Assembly (NCBI GenBank): GCA_036555065.1
Contig: DATBLZ010000081.1
Location: 9,504-73,503, forward strand
Length of the DNA: 64,000 nt
Direction: 5' to 3'
Source of the DNA: Gammaproteobacteria bacterium
GTDB taxonomy: Bacteria > Pseudomonadota > Gammaproteobacteria > Steroidobacterales > Rariloculaceae
The first letter of the stretch is position 1. Each line of letters starts with the position of its first letter. The notes beneath the pieces are model-generated. The model worked only from the letters and a program-made list of their open reading frames with translations, made no database searches and was not told where the DNA came from. Both the position numbers and the translations under genes were made by a program. This document shows positions 36,555-45,634 of the stretch, piece by piece.

Positions 36555-37733
36555 ATGCGCGCGCTCGAAGACCTTGTCCAATTCGAAAGTGCGAACTCCG
36601 GTCTCGCGTTCCGCGAGCATGTCTATGCCGCGAGCGAACGCGTCGACCTGCTCCGCGATCTCATTGGTCTTGCGAATGCGAGTGTTCAGGGGCCGCGCTT
36701 CCTCGTCCTCGGCGTCAAGGACGTCGTCGGCGGCGAGCGCGCGATCACGGGATTGGCGGCAGACGTGTGGAACGAATGGCGCGCGATGCTGCCGGCGCTG
36801 ATCGCGGGCGCCACCGAGCCGCCGCTCGACGTCACGGTCCGTACGTTACAAATCGACGGCAAGGTCGTCGGCGCGCTGTGCCTCACGGCATGTGCGGATC
36901 AACCGTACTTGATCAGCGGCCGAAGCCACACTGATCTTCCGGCCGGCTGCGGATGGCTGCGACGCGGGCCGCATCTCTTCCCTCTGTTGCGCCAGGATCT
37001 CCAGCGCATGTTCGAAGCGAAGCTCGCGGGGGCCGCACCGAGCACCGACGTCAGAATAGGCTTTGCCGGGGACGAGCCGCGCAGCGCGATCGCGCTGCCG
37101 GTGCTCAGGCTCGAGCGATTGCCATCGGCGGTCGCGGCGAAAAAGATCGGCAAGGTCCTCAAGGCCAAGCAAGACGCAAAATCGATGGGCAAAACACGAA
37201 CGGATCTCATGCGCCTCGTGCACGCGCAAGTCTTCGGCGTCGACCGTCCCTTCGAGAGCCACAGCGACGATTCGCTGCGCATGCAGATCGAAAGCTCCAA
37301 GCAGGATTACCGGCCTGCCGACGAGTACTATGCGTTCGAGGTGCGCGCCCATCGGCTCGACGTCGTCGTGCACAACCCAGGGCGAGTCGCGCTCGATAAT
37401 TCGACGATCCGCATGACGATGCCGCGGATCGAGGGAATCGGCATCGCGGACCGGCTGTACGCGGCTCCGGACGCCCAGGCGCCGACGAGCGGCTACCCGC
37501 GAGTCAAAGCGAGCGCGCGCACGATCAGCATCGAGGCCGAGGTCGGTAGCCTGCCCGCGGGCAATGTCGTCAGCGTGTTCGAGCACGCACCGCGATTCTG
37601 GGCGCGCCCCGCGGCTGCGGGCAAGACTATCCCCGTCGACGTGACGCTGCACGCGCGCGAGCTTCGTGACCCCGTCCGCGAGACGCTGACGATCCGCATC
37701 GTCGACGCTAAGGCCCGAGCGCGAACGCGATGA
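36555..37733 (+). CDS. Orphan cytoplasmic protein with a possible AlbA_2/Schlafen-type N-terminal domain; remainder unknown
   Basis: 392 aa. The N-terminus FESANSGLAFRE...LLRDLIGLANASVQGPRFLVLGVKD resembles the E-x-LEFK...AFANT-GG-LLIGV-D pattern. It is the only + strand gene between two - strand genes. Confidence 0.35.
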   Translation: MRALEDLVQFESANSGLAFREHVYAASERVDLLRDLIGLANASVQGPRFLVLGVKDVVGGERAITGLAADVWNEWRAMLPALIAGATEPPLDVTVRTLQIDGKVVGALCLTACADQPYLISGRSHTDLPAGCGWLRRGPHLFPLLRQDLQRMFEAKLAGAAPSTDVRIGFAGDEPRSAIALPVLRLERLPSAVAAKKIGKVLKAKQDAKSMGKTRTDLMRLVHAQVFGVDRPFESHSDDSLRMQIESSKQDYRPADEYYAFEVRAHRLDVVVHNPGRVALDNSTIRMTMPRIEGIGIADRLYAAPDAQAPTSGYPRVKASARTISIEAEVGSLPAGNVVSVFEHAPRFWARPAAAGKTIPVDVTLHARELRDPVRETLTIRIVDAKARARTR

Positions 37734-40086
37734 GCGCGCCGCCGGAAGGAATCAGCACGTGCTGGCGGCCGTCCTGCATGTATGTCATCGCCGCAGTGCC
37801 CCAGATCGACGCTCCCGTGGCGTAGCTCCAAAGGTTCTCGCCGGTTCGCGAGTCGAACGCGAGGAAATTCCCCTCGTTGTCGCCCGCGAAGACGAGCCCC
37901 GACGCCGTGCTCATGGCGCCGGCGAGCGTCGGCGTCGCGTAGCGAAACTCCCAGCGGCGCTCCCCGGTCGTCGCATCGATTGCGCGCAACGCCCCGTAAG
38001 CGGGAAAATCGCGGTCGACCCAGACGACGCCGCCGAGCACGGTTTCGCCCGCGACGAGATCGGGAGGCGCCGAATGGTAGGTCGAGCACGTCTCGCGCGC
38101 CGTGACGAAAAAGAGGCCGAGCGCCGGATCGAACGATGGCGGCATGAAATTGGTTCCGCCCCAATAGTCGGGTAGACAACCTAGGCTGCCGTCGACATTC
38201 AGCACGAGCGGGCGGCCGTCGGCCCCGATCTCGCGCGCCCACGTCGTGTCGGTGAACGGCCGCGCCAATAACAACTCGCCGTTCGTGCGGTCGAGAACAT
38301 AGAAGAAGCCGTTGCGATTCGCGACCATGACAACGCGCCGCAGCTCGCCGGCGATCGTGACCTCGGCGAGCACGGGCACGTGGTTCGAGTCCCAGTCGTG
38401 CGTGTCGTGGGGCGTGAATTGGTAGTGCCATCGGAGCTTGCCCGTCTGCGCTTCGACAGCGACGAGCGAGGCCGTGAACAGGTTGTCGCCGATTCGACCG
38501 GCACCGTTGTAGTCGGGATTGGGATTGCCCGTGCCCCAGTAGAGCAAATCGAGCTCGGGGTCGTAGCTGCCCGTCATCCACGTCGCGCCGCCGCCGCGCG
38601 CCATGGCCTCGACCGACGGCCACGTCTCGCTGCCCGGCTCACCGGGCCCGGGGATCGTATGAAAACGCCACAAGCGGGCGCCGTCGCGCGGATCGTAAGC
38701 GTCGATGAACCCGCGCGTCGCGTACTCGCCGCCGGAGATGCCGACGATGACCTTGCCGTCGGCGACGAGTGGCGCGAGCGTCGCCGCGTAACCCTGACGG
38801 TAGTCCGCGAGCTCGACGTCCCAGACGACCGCGCCCGTGCGCCGATCGAGCGCGAGCAGGTGCGCATCGAGCGTCACCATGAACAAAAGGTCGCCGAGAA
38901 TGCCGAAGCCGCGATTCACCGGCGCCGTCGCGCCATACGTCAAATCATTCGGCAGCTCGCGGCGGTACTCCCAGAAGCGCCGGCCCGTGCGCGCATCGAG
39001 CGCCCAGGCGAAGTTGTTAGAGCCAGTGACGTAGAGCACCCCGTCGAGCACGAGCGGTGTCGTCTCGAAGCCGCGGCCGCGCGCGAGCGTGCCGCTTTGA
39101 AAGACCCAGATCGGCGCGAGCCGATGGACGTTCGCGGGCGTGATCTCGCGGAGCGGACTATGCCGTTGGCCCGTGTAATCGCCGGAGAATGTGAGCCAGC
39201 GCGATGCGTCAGCGAGCCCGGCGCGGAGATCCGCGTCGGTGACGACATCGGCGCGCGCGCCGCCGGTCGCGGAGTGCGCAGCTGGCTCCGCGGCGGCGGC
39301 AACCGTACCGCTGTCCCGGAGCGTGCCGAGAAACGCCAAGAGATCGTCGAGCTCGCGCGCGCTGATCTCGCGCGTCCCGTACGCAGGCATCAGCGATTGG
39401 GACTCGTACACGACCTCGGCGAGATCGGCCTTGAGATATCCCCGGAGCCGATTATCGGTGTCGATGATCTGAATCGAAAAGACGTCCTCGTTCTTCGCGA
39501 CTCCTTCGATTCGCTCGCCGTTGCGCGCGACCAGCGTCACGGCACGATAGTCGGGCTCGATAGCCGCGCTCGGCTCACGGATCGCCCGAACGAGCGCTGC
39601 GCGCGAGCGGAGCAGCGCGATGCGCGAGAGGTCGGTCCCGAGGGCGCCGCCGCCACCCGCGGCGCGATGGCAGCGCGCGCACTCCACGTCAAAGATTTCG
39701 CGCCCGCGCGCGGCATCGCCGCGTGCGCTCGTGAACGGCGGCACGGTGCCGATGCTGCGCAGGTACGCAACGATTGCCCAGAGCTCGTCGTCCGGGGCTG
39801 CGCTCGGGGGCATGACGGTGTTGGGAACGCCGCGCCGCACGGCATCGAACACCTGCGCGTCGTCCTTCCCCGCCACCCAGAGCATCGTGAGATCCGGACC
39901 CTGTGCGCCGCGTGCGTCCGCGCCATGGCACGCCGCGCAGCGGCCCGCGAAGAGAGCGCGGCCCGTGCGGATCGCCGCAGCATCGGCCTCGAAAGGATTG
40001 CCTTCCTGCGCGCCGGCCGTGGAAACCCAAGCGCAAAGAGCGACGGTCGCGGCGGCTCGCGCAATCGATGCCAGGTTCTTCGTCAG
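37708..40086 (-). CDS. Periplasmic quinohaemoprotein: two N-terminal cytochrome c domains fused to a PQQ-dependent dehydrogenase beta-propeller
   Basis: The track ORF (to 39885) contains CARCH and a PQQ-ADH-type propeller (WLTFSGDYTGQRHSPL). The same frame stays open upstream and encodes a signal peptide plus CAACHG (about 39925-39939). No ATG/GTG/TTG is available there, so the 5' end is set provisionally at the CTG at 40084-40086. Confidence 0.7.
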   Translation of the reverse strand: MTKNLASIARAAATVALCAWVSTAGAQEGNPFEADAAAIRTGRALFAGRCAACHGADARGAQGPDLTMLWVAGKDDAQVFDAVRRGVPNTVMPPSAAPDDELWAIVAYLRSIGTVPPFTSARGDAARGREIFDVECARCHRAAGGGGALGTDLSRIALLRSRAALVRAIREPSAAIEPDYRAVTLVARNGERIEGVAKNEDVFSIQIIDTDNRLRGYLKADLAEVVYESQSLMPAYGTREISARELDDLLAFLGTLRDSGTVAAAAEPAAHSATGGARADVVTDADLRAGLADASRWLTFSGDYTGQRHSPLREITPANVHRLAPIWVFQSGTLARGRGFETTPLVLDGVLYVTGSNNFAWALDARTGRRFWEYRRELPNDLTYGATAPVNRGFGILGDLLFMVTLDAHLLALDRRTGAVVWDVELADYRQGYAATLAPLVADGKVIVGISGGEYATRGFIDAYDPRDGARLWRFHTIPGPGEPGSETWPSVEAMARGGGATWMTGSYDPELDLLYWGTGNPNPDYNGAGRIGDNLFTASLVAVEAQTGKLRWHYQFTPHDTHDWDSNHVPVLAEVTIAGELRRVVMVANRNGFFYVLDRTNGELLLARPFTDTTWAREIGADGRPLVLNVDGSLGCLPDYWGGTNFMPPSFDPALGLFFVTARETCSTYHSAPPDLVAGETVLGGVVWVDRDFPAYGALRAIDATTGERRWEFRYATPTLAGAMSTASGLVFAGDNEGNFLAFDSRTGENLWSYATGASIWGTAAMTYMQDGRQHVLIPSGGALIAFALGP

Positions 40087-40099
40087 GGCGCGGCTCCGC

Positions 40100-40582
40100 T
40101 CAGTCGCGGAAATTCGTGAATTGGAGCGGCAGCCCGAGCTCGCTCTTGCGCAGCATCTGCATCACGGCCTGCAAATCGTCGCGCTTCTTGCCCGTGACTC
40201 GCACCTGCTCACCCTGAATCGACGCCTGCACCTTGAGCTTGGAATCCTTGATGAGCTTCACGATCTTCTTCGCGTTATCGGAGTCCACGCCGTGCTTCAG
40301 AACGATCTTCTGCCGCGTTTGATGGACGGCGACCTCGGGCTTCTCGGGCGCCATCGCGCGCACGTCGATTTTGCGCCGCGCGAGCTTGTCCGTGAGGATC
40401 TCGAATATCTGCCGCACTTGAAACTCGGTCGGCGCCTCGAGCGTGATCACGAGATCGACGAGCGTGATCTTCGCGCCGGTGTTCCGAAAATCGAAACGGT
40501 TCTCGAGCTCGCGGCTCGCTTGATCGACGCCGTTCTTGAGCTCGTGGCGATCGATCTCGGAAACGGCGTCGAAGGACGGCAT
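40100..40582 (-). CDS. yajQ: YajQ-family (UPF0234) nucleotide / cyclic-di-GMP-binding protein
   Basis: 160 aa. MPSFDAVSEIDRHELKNGVDQASRELENRFDFRNT... is colinear with YajQ proteins. Confidence 0.85.
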   Translation of the reverse strand: MPSFDAVSEIDRHELKNGVDQASRELENRFDFRNTGAKITLVDLVITLEAPTEFQVRQIFEILTDKLARRKIDVRAMAPEKPEVAVHQTRQKIVLKHGVDSDNAKKIVKLIKDSKLKVQASIQGEQVRVTGKKRDDLQAVMQMLRKSELGLPLQFTNFRD

Positions 40583-40594
40583 GAGTCCGATCGC

Positions 40595-41095
40595 CTACGG
40601 CGCCTCTGCGAGCGCCTTCATAGCCTGGAGCGCCGCTTCAAACCGCGTGCGGCGCTGCGCGATATCCGCGTCCTTCTCGGCTTGGGTGGCCTTGTCCGAG
40701 AGGTCGTACACGAGCGTGTAGATCATCTTCGAGCTTTGCGCCGTCACGGGCTTCGCTTCCATGAAGCCGTGATAGAGGTTGTAGAACTGGCCCTCGCGGA
40801 CGGGCTGCGTGTAGCCGTAGGAAAGGTCGGTCTTGGCGACGAGAATCTCCGTGACGCGGCCACCTGCGAGCACGCGTACGGTGCCTATCCCGCCGTCGCC
40901 CGACGTGATGACGCAATCCACGTTGTTGAGCCACTTCGAGATATCGCAATACCCGCCGACCTTGGCCCAGACTTCCGCGGCCGGCCGCGCGATATCGATT
41001 TCCATGCGGATGGTTGCGTATTCGGGCTCCGCAGCAACGGCACTGGCGGCGCTGGCGATCGCGATGACCGCGATCGAGATCGAGAAACGGTGCAT
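40595..41095 (-). CDS. Exported SRPBCC (START/Bet v1-like) family protein
   Basis: Signal peptide. IDIARPAAEVWAKVGGYCDISKWL is typical of the SRPBCC fold. 166 aa. Confidence 0.6.
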   Translation of the reverse strand: MHRFSISIAVIAIASAASAVAAEPEYATIRMEIDIARPAAEVWAKVGGYCDISKWLNNVDCVITSGDGGIGTVRVLAGGRVTEILVAKTDLSYGYTQPVREGQFYNLYHGFMEAKPVTAQSSKMIYTLVYDLSDKATQAEKDADIAQRRTRFEAALQAMKALAEAP

Positions 41096-41246
41096 GACGA
41101 CAGCTCCTTGGAATTATTCGTGTGGCCATTGTATATCGCCGGAGCCGCGGAAGAGGGGTGCGTCGAGCGGCTCACCGCGGCACAAGACTTTGCGGAACCA
41201 CTCCTTTAGACTCCGCAGCGGCTTCCCTTCCGGGTTGGAACTTGCG

Positions 41247-44000
41247 ATGGCGCTGAATCCGGGCACTCGCTTCGGTCCGTATGAGATTGCCGAGAAGATC
41301 GGCGCGGGCGGCATGGGCGAGGTCTATCGGGCGACCGACACGGTGCTCAAGCGCGACGTCGCCGTCAAGGTCCTGCCTGCGTCGTTCGCGAACGATAAAG
41401 AGCGGCTCGCGCGCTTTCAGCGCGAGGCCGAAGTGCTCGCTTCGCTCAACCATTCGAACATCGCACAGATCTACGGGCTCGAGAAGGCTGGCGACAGCAC
41501 GGTCATCGTCATGGAGCTCGTCGACGGGCCCACACTCGCCGAGCGCATCGTCCAAGGGCCGCTCCCGCCCGACGAGGCGCTCGCGATCGCGCGCCAAGTC
41601 GCCGATGCGCTCGAGGCCGCGCACGAGCGGCAGGTCGTCCATCGCGACTTGAAGCCCGCGAACGTGAAGCTCCGCCCCGACGGCACGATCAAGATTCTCG
41701 ATTTCGGCATCGCCAAGGCCTTGGACGCCCAAGCTATCAGCGGCGGACAGGCAGCCGTCAAAGCGACGCCCGCGGTTACCGAGACGGGCGTCATCCTCGG
41801 CACGGCGGCCTACATGAGCCCCGAGCAAGCGCGCGGCAAGCCCGTTGATCAACGCACGGACGTTTGGGCGTTCGGCTGCCTGCTGTTCGAGATGCTGACG
41901 GGGCAGCCCGCGTTCGCCGGCGAGGACGTCATGCTCACGCTCGCGCGCGTGCTCGACCGCGACACCGACATGAGCTCGATGCCGGGCACGATCTCGCCGG
42001 CGGTGCGGCACACGATCAAGCTCTGTCTCGAGAAGGATCCGCGCAAACGCATCGCCGACATTCGCGACGTGCGCTTGGCGCTTGCCGGCACCTTCGAGAC
42101 CGGTCTGCCGCGGGGCACGCACGCCGCGGGGCCCGCGTCGCGGCCCGCGTGGCCGATCGCGGCCGCCGCCGTGATCGCGGGAGCGCTGATCGGCGGGGCC
42201 GTGTGGCTTCTGAAGCCGGCACCGGTGCAGGTCCCCGGGCACGTCACGCGTTTCGATTACGAGTTGCCGGCAGGAATTACGCTGCGCGTGCCCGTCACGT
42301 CGGTGCTCGATGTCGCGGCGGATGGCGAGTTCTTTGCGGTCAACGGCAGCAACGGTATCTACGTGCGCTCGATGAGCGACGTCGACGCGCGCGTGATCCC
42401 GATTCCGGGCCCGCCAGCCGCCATGGTCGACATCGTGCTCTCGCCCGACGGCCAGGAGGTCGCCTATTTCCGCGGCGACCCGGCGCCGCAGCTCGTCAAG
42501 GTCGCGATCGATGGCGGCGCACCGGTCGTGCTCGTCGCGCCGATCAACAACCCGTACGGGCTCAGCTGGGAGACCGACGGCACGCTCATCTATGGGCAAC
42601 CGGACGGCCTCTGGCGCGTCTCGGACAACGGCGGCACGCCCGAGCGAATCATCGAAACGGCTGCCCCCGAGCAAGTGTACGGACCGCAACTCTTGCCGGG
42701 CGGGGAGTGGCTCTTGTTCACGCTCGCGTCAGTGAGCGGCGCGAACCGTTGGAACCAAGCCGACATCGTCGTCCAGTCGCTCACGACGGGCGAGCGGCGC
42801 GTGCTCCGGTCCGGCGGCCACGATGCCCGATACCTGCCCACGGGCCACATCACGTACGTCTTCGAGAACGTGCTGTTCGCATCGACGTTCGACGTCGAGA
42901 CCCTCACGCTCGGCGACGAGCGCGTCTCGATGATTCAAGGCGTACAAACCGCGAGCCTCCCGCTCGGCGGCAGCGGCTTTTATGCCGTCTCTGGCAACGG
43001 GACGCTCGTGTTCGTTCCCGGAGCCGCGGGACCTGCGCCTACGATTCTGCAGAAGCGCCTCGTCTGGGTCGACCGCGAAGGCAACACGGAGCCTTTGCCA
43101 CTTAGACCCGACAATTACACGATGGCCCGCATGTCGCCCGACGGGACGAAAATCGCTCTCGTCGTCGGCAGCGTGCTGCCAGCGTCCGACCCGCCGCCGG
43201 ATATCTACGTGTTCGACCTCGAGACCGAGAACCTCACGCAGCTGACGTTCGACCCGTTGGGCGATGACAGCCCCGTCTGGAGCCGCGACGGCAGCCGGAT
43301 CTTCTATCGGTCGTATCGCGAGGCCGGCTCGGCGGCCGTGTACTCGATCCCGTCCGATGGCGGTGCGCCCGAGCTCGTGGCGACCTCGCCGACGGGTCAA
43401 AATCCGGCACCGTGGGCGATCTCGCCCGACGACAAGACGCTCTTGCTCGTCGATGCGCTCTCGCTCGAGGACGTCAATCTCGCGACACTCGACATCGCGA
43501 ACAGCGATACGCTCACGCCGCTGCTCGATCTCGTCGAGAACGTCGTGGAGCCGGTGCTGTCGCCAAATGGCGAGTGGCTTGCGCTCTACCAGTTCACGGG
43601 AGCCGCAGCGGACGCGGAAATCAATATTCGCCCGTTTCCCGACGTGCGGCAGCAGCGGCGCCCCGTCGGGCCGGGGATGCATCCCGTCTTCTCGGCGGAC
43701 GGTTCCGAGATCTTCTTCTTCGACCGCGCGGGGCTCTCGGTGGCATCGGTTCAGTACGCTCCGTTTCGCGTCGGCGCACCGCAGCGGCTTTTCCGCGGGC
43801 AGTATTGGTACGGCGTCGCCTCACCCGACGGCGCGCTCGGCCGCGCCTGGGACGTCGACCCCAGCAATGACCGCTTCCTCATGATCACCATGCCCGACGC
43901 CACTGGCGGCGAAACCGGCGAGCCGAGCTCGGTGCAGATCAACGTCGTGCTCAACTGGTTCGAGGAGCTCAAGAAGCGCGTGCCAGTGCCTTCGCGTTAG
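41247..44000 (+). CDS. Membrane Ser/Thr protein kinase with C-terminal TolB-like (PD40/WD40-like) beta-propeller region
   Basis: Hanks motifs GAGGMGEVYRA, VAVKVL, HRDLKPANV, DFGIAK and AAYMSPEQ. One TM helix (PIAAAAVIAGALIGGAVWLL). Repeated SPDG blades. The in-frame ATG at 41247 is preferred, because the track ORF start at 40833 overlaps the SRPBCC gene. Confidence 0.85.
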   Translation: MALNPGTRFGPYEIAEKIGAGGMGEVYRATDTVLKRDVAVKVLPASFANDKERLARFQREAEVLASLNHSNIAQIYGLEKAGDSTVIVMELVDGPTLAERIVQGPLPPDEALAIARQVADALEAAHERQVVHRDLKPANVKLRPDGTIKILDFGIAKALDAQAISGGQAAVKATPAVTETGVILGTAAYMSPEQARGKPVDQRTDVWAFGCLLFEMLTGQPAFAGEDVMLTLARVLDRDTDMSSMPGTISPAVRHTIKLCLEKDPRKRIADIRDVRLALAGTFETGLPRGTHAAGPASRPAWPIAAAAVIAGALIGGAVWLLKPAPVQVPGHVTRFDYELPAGITLRVPVTSVLDVAADGEFFAVNGSNGIYVRSMSDVDARVIPIPGPPAAMVDIVLSPDGQEVAYFRGDPAPQLVKVAIDGGAPVVLVAPINNPYGLSWETDGTLIYGQPDGLWRVSDNGGTPERIIETAAPEQVYGPQLLPGGEWLLFTLASVSGANRWNQADIVVQSLTTGERRVLRSGGHDARYLPTGHITYVFENVLFASTFDVETLTLGDERVSMIQGVQTASLPLGGSGFYAVSGNGTLVFVPGAAGPAPTILQKRLVWVDREGNTEPLPLRPDNYTMARMSPDGTKIALVVGSVLPASDPPPDIYVFDLETENLTQLTFDPLGDDSPVWSRDGSRIFYRSYREAGSAAVYSIPSDGGAPELVATSPTGQNPAPWAISPDDKTLLLVDALSLEDVNLATLDIANSDTLTPLLDLVENVVEPVLSPNGEWLALYQFTGAAADAEINIRPFPDVRQQRRPVGPGMHPVFSADGSEIFFFDRAGLSVASVQYAPFRVGAPQRLFRGQYWYGVASPDGALGRAWDVDPSNDRFLMITMPDATGGETGEPSSVQINVVLNWFEELKKRVPVPSR

Positions 44001-44017
44001 GGCCGCAACATTGAGAG

Positions 44018-44548
44018 TCAGGTCCGGCTCGCGAGGAAGTCGTCGACAGCCGCGCGGACGGCACCCGCGGAAAGCCTCGGGTACTTCGAGTATGCGGAGT
44101 CCGCAATGCCTTGCACGAGTGCCCTGAATCGATGCGGATCCACCATTCCGCTCGTGACGAACCCTTTGGCATCGACGAGGTCGCGGGCGAAACCCCGCAC
44201 GATCTTGGACAAGAGCTGCGCGTAGGGATCGTAATGATAAAAACTCACCCGGCCTACCGTCTCTATGAGCACGTGCCGGCCTTCACTGCCCTCGAGCGGC
44301 GGCACGAAATCCTCGGGCCTCGCGAACTCGATATTGAGGTTGAGGCGCTCCTTAATTTCCTGCACGTCGCGAAAGATGTCGTCCTGCTCGGCATAGACGT
44401 CGGCATCGATCGACGACTCGCGCCATCCCTCGAGGACTGCCGTGCCTCCCCCGACCAAATAGATCCGATAGCTTCGCTTCGGCTTGGCCGAGCGCGCGAG
44501 CTCCTGCATGAGGGCGTGCAGCGATTCACGGGTTAGCCTATTGCGCAT
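44018..44548 (-). CDS. Small nucleotidyltransferase-fold protein (AbiEii/DUF6036-like), candidate toxin
   Basis: 176 aa from the ATG at 44548. Minimal NTase motif LVGGGTAVLEGWRESSIDADVY (GG...S-x-D-x-D). Overlaps the upstream gene by 11 nt. Confidence 0.55.
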   Translation of the reverse strand: MRNRLTRESLHALMQELARSAKPKRSYRIYLVGGGTAVLEGWRESSIDADVYAEQDDIFRDVQEIKERLNLNIEFARPEDFVPPLEGSEGRHVLIETVGRVSFYHYDPYAQLLSKIVRGFARDLVDAKGFVTSGMVDPHRFRALVQGIADSAYSKYPRLSAGAVRAAVDDFLASRT

Positions 44549-44990
44549 CGGACGTTCGCCGCCGTCGTGCGAAGCAACATGCATCGGCGAAAGATGCGAT
44601 CTGTTGCAAGTACGCCGCGTAGCGCGCGTGTGCGAGCTCGCCCATCGTCGTCGATAGCCGCTCGTAGAGGCGATTCTCTGGGTCGGTTTGCACGCGGCCG
44701 ACCGGCACGCCCTCGCGCCGAAGTCGCGGCGCGGCCAAGGACACGACCAGGCTCTCCGCGCTGATCGTTCCGAGCGCGAGGTGAGCAAGACCGGTATCGA
44801 CGATGTCACCGCCGGGGAGCCCCAGCGCCGTGAAGCTCGAAGCTCCGAAGCGCTCGCTAATCCAGCGGGAGGTAGCAGCGCGCCGCGCCGTTGCGCGCCG
44901 CGCGTCAGCGCTCATGCTCGCCGCGCGGGCCTTGCCCCCTTGACGGCCGTAGTCGATAAACCGCTTCCGGACTGCGTTCGGCAACTTCAT
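44538..44990 (-). CDS. Partner protein of the NTase (candidate antitoxin; basic N-terminal GRQGGKARA...ARRAATSRW motif)
   Basis: 150 aa from the ATG at 44990. The Arg/Lys-rich N-terminal segment suggests nucleic-acid binding. Translationally coupled to the NTase gene. Confidence 0.45.
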   Translation of the reverse strand: MKLPNAVRKRFIDYGRQGGKARAASMSADARRATARRAATSRWISERFGASSFTALGLPGGDIVDTGLAHLALGTISAESLVVSLAAPRLRREGVPVGRVQTDPENRLYERLSTTMGELAHARYAAYLQQIASFADACCFARRRRTSDAQ

Positions 44991-45082
44991 GATCGATAGA
45001 ATATACGTAGGGGGTAAGCATTGCACGTAAGCAGGGGCAGGAACCCTGCACGGCTCACCGTCGATGCGCCTACGGCGACGGG

Positions 45083-45634
45083 TTAGGGCCGCTCGCGCGC
45101 GGAATGCGATCGACGCCGTCGCGCGGCCGCGCTACGCGCCCCTCTCACAAGCCCTTCTTTCTGCGCCTCGCTATAGAGCGGCGGCAGCTCGTGCACGCCG
45201 CCGGCGAGAAACGGATTGACCGCCCGCACGGAGCCGTAGTGGCGGCCGTGCTCGTAGTCCTCGGAGAGTATCTCGTCGACGCCATACACCTCAGCGTACG
45301 CCCACAAGTGGGCGTCGAACCACGGGAGCCCGTACATCGCAGTGCCGCGCACCGCCGTGAGCACGACCGCGCGCGTCGGATAGAGCACCGAGTACTCGGC
45401 AAGCAGCTCCTCGGCTTCGAGCCGGGCTTCCGTGGGAGGCAAGAGCGACGCGCCGCCGAGGTCTGGGCGCGGCCGGGTGACGGCCGCGACGAATTCGACG
45501 ATGCATTGGTGCGCGAGCACGTGACTCGCGTCGAGCAAGCCGTTGCGCAGGATTTCGTCTGCCCGACGTTGCTTGACCGGATCCCGACGGTCGAAGCTGT
45601 AAACGAGTATGTTGGTGTCAACGAGGCTTGCCAC
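45083..45634 (-). CDS. vapC: PIN-domain ribonuclease toxin VapC
   Basis: The GTG at 45634 gives VASLVDTNILVY (first PIN acidic residue), later DAHLWAYAEVYGVDEILSED. Overlaps the antitoxin stop by 17 nt. Confidence 0.75.
   Translation of the reverse strand: MASLVDTNILVYSFDRRDPVKQRRADEILRNGLLDASHVLAHQCIVEFVAAVTRPRPDLGGASLLPPTEARLEAEELLAEYSVLYPTRAVVLTAVRGTAMYGLPWFDAHLWAYAEVYGVDEILSEDYEHGRHYGSVRAVNPFLAGGVHELPPLYSEAQKEGLVRGARSAAARRRRSHSARERP

Noticed and set aside
40833-41246. N-terminal 138-aa extension of the Ser/Thr kinase ORF.
   Set aside because: The extension overlaps the SRPBCC gene on the opposite strand and has no kinase or signal features. The ATG at 41247 gives the canonical start just before the Gly-rich loop.
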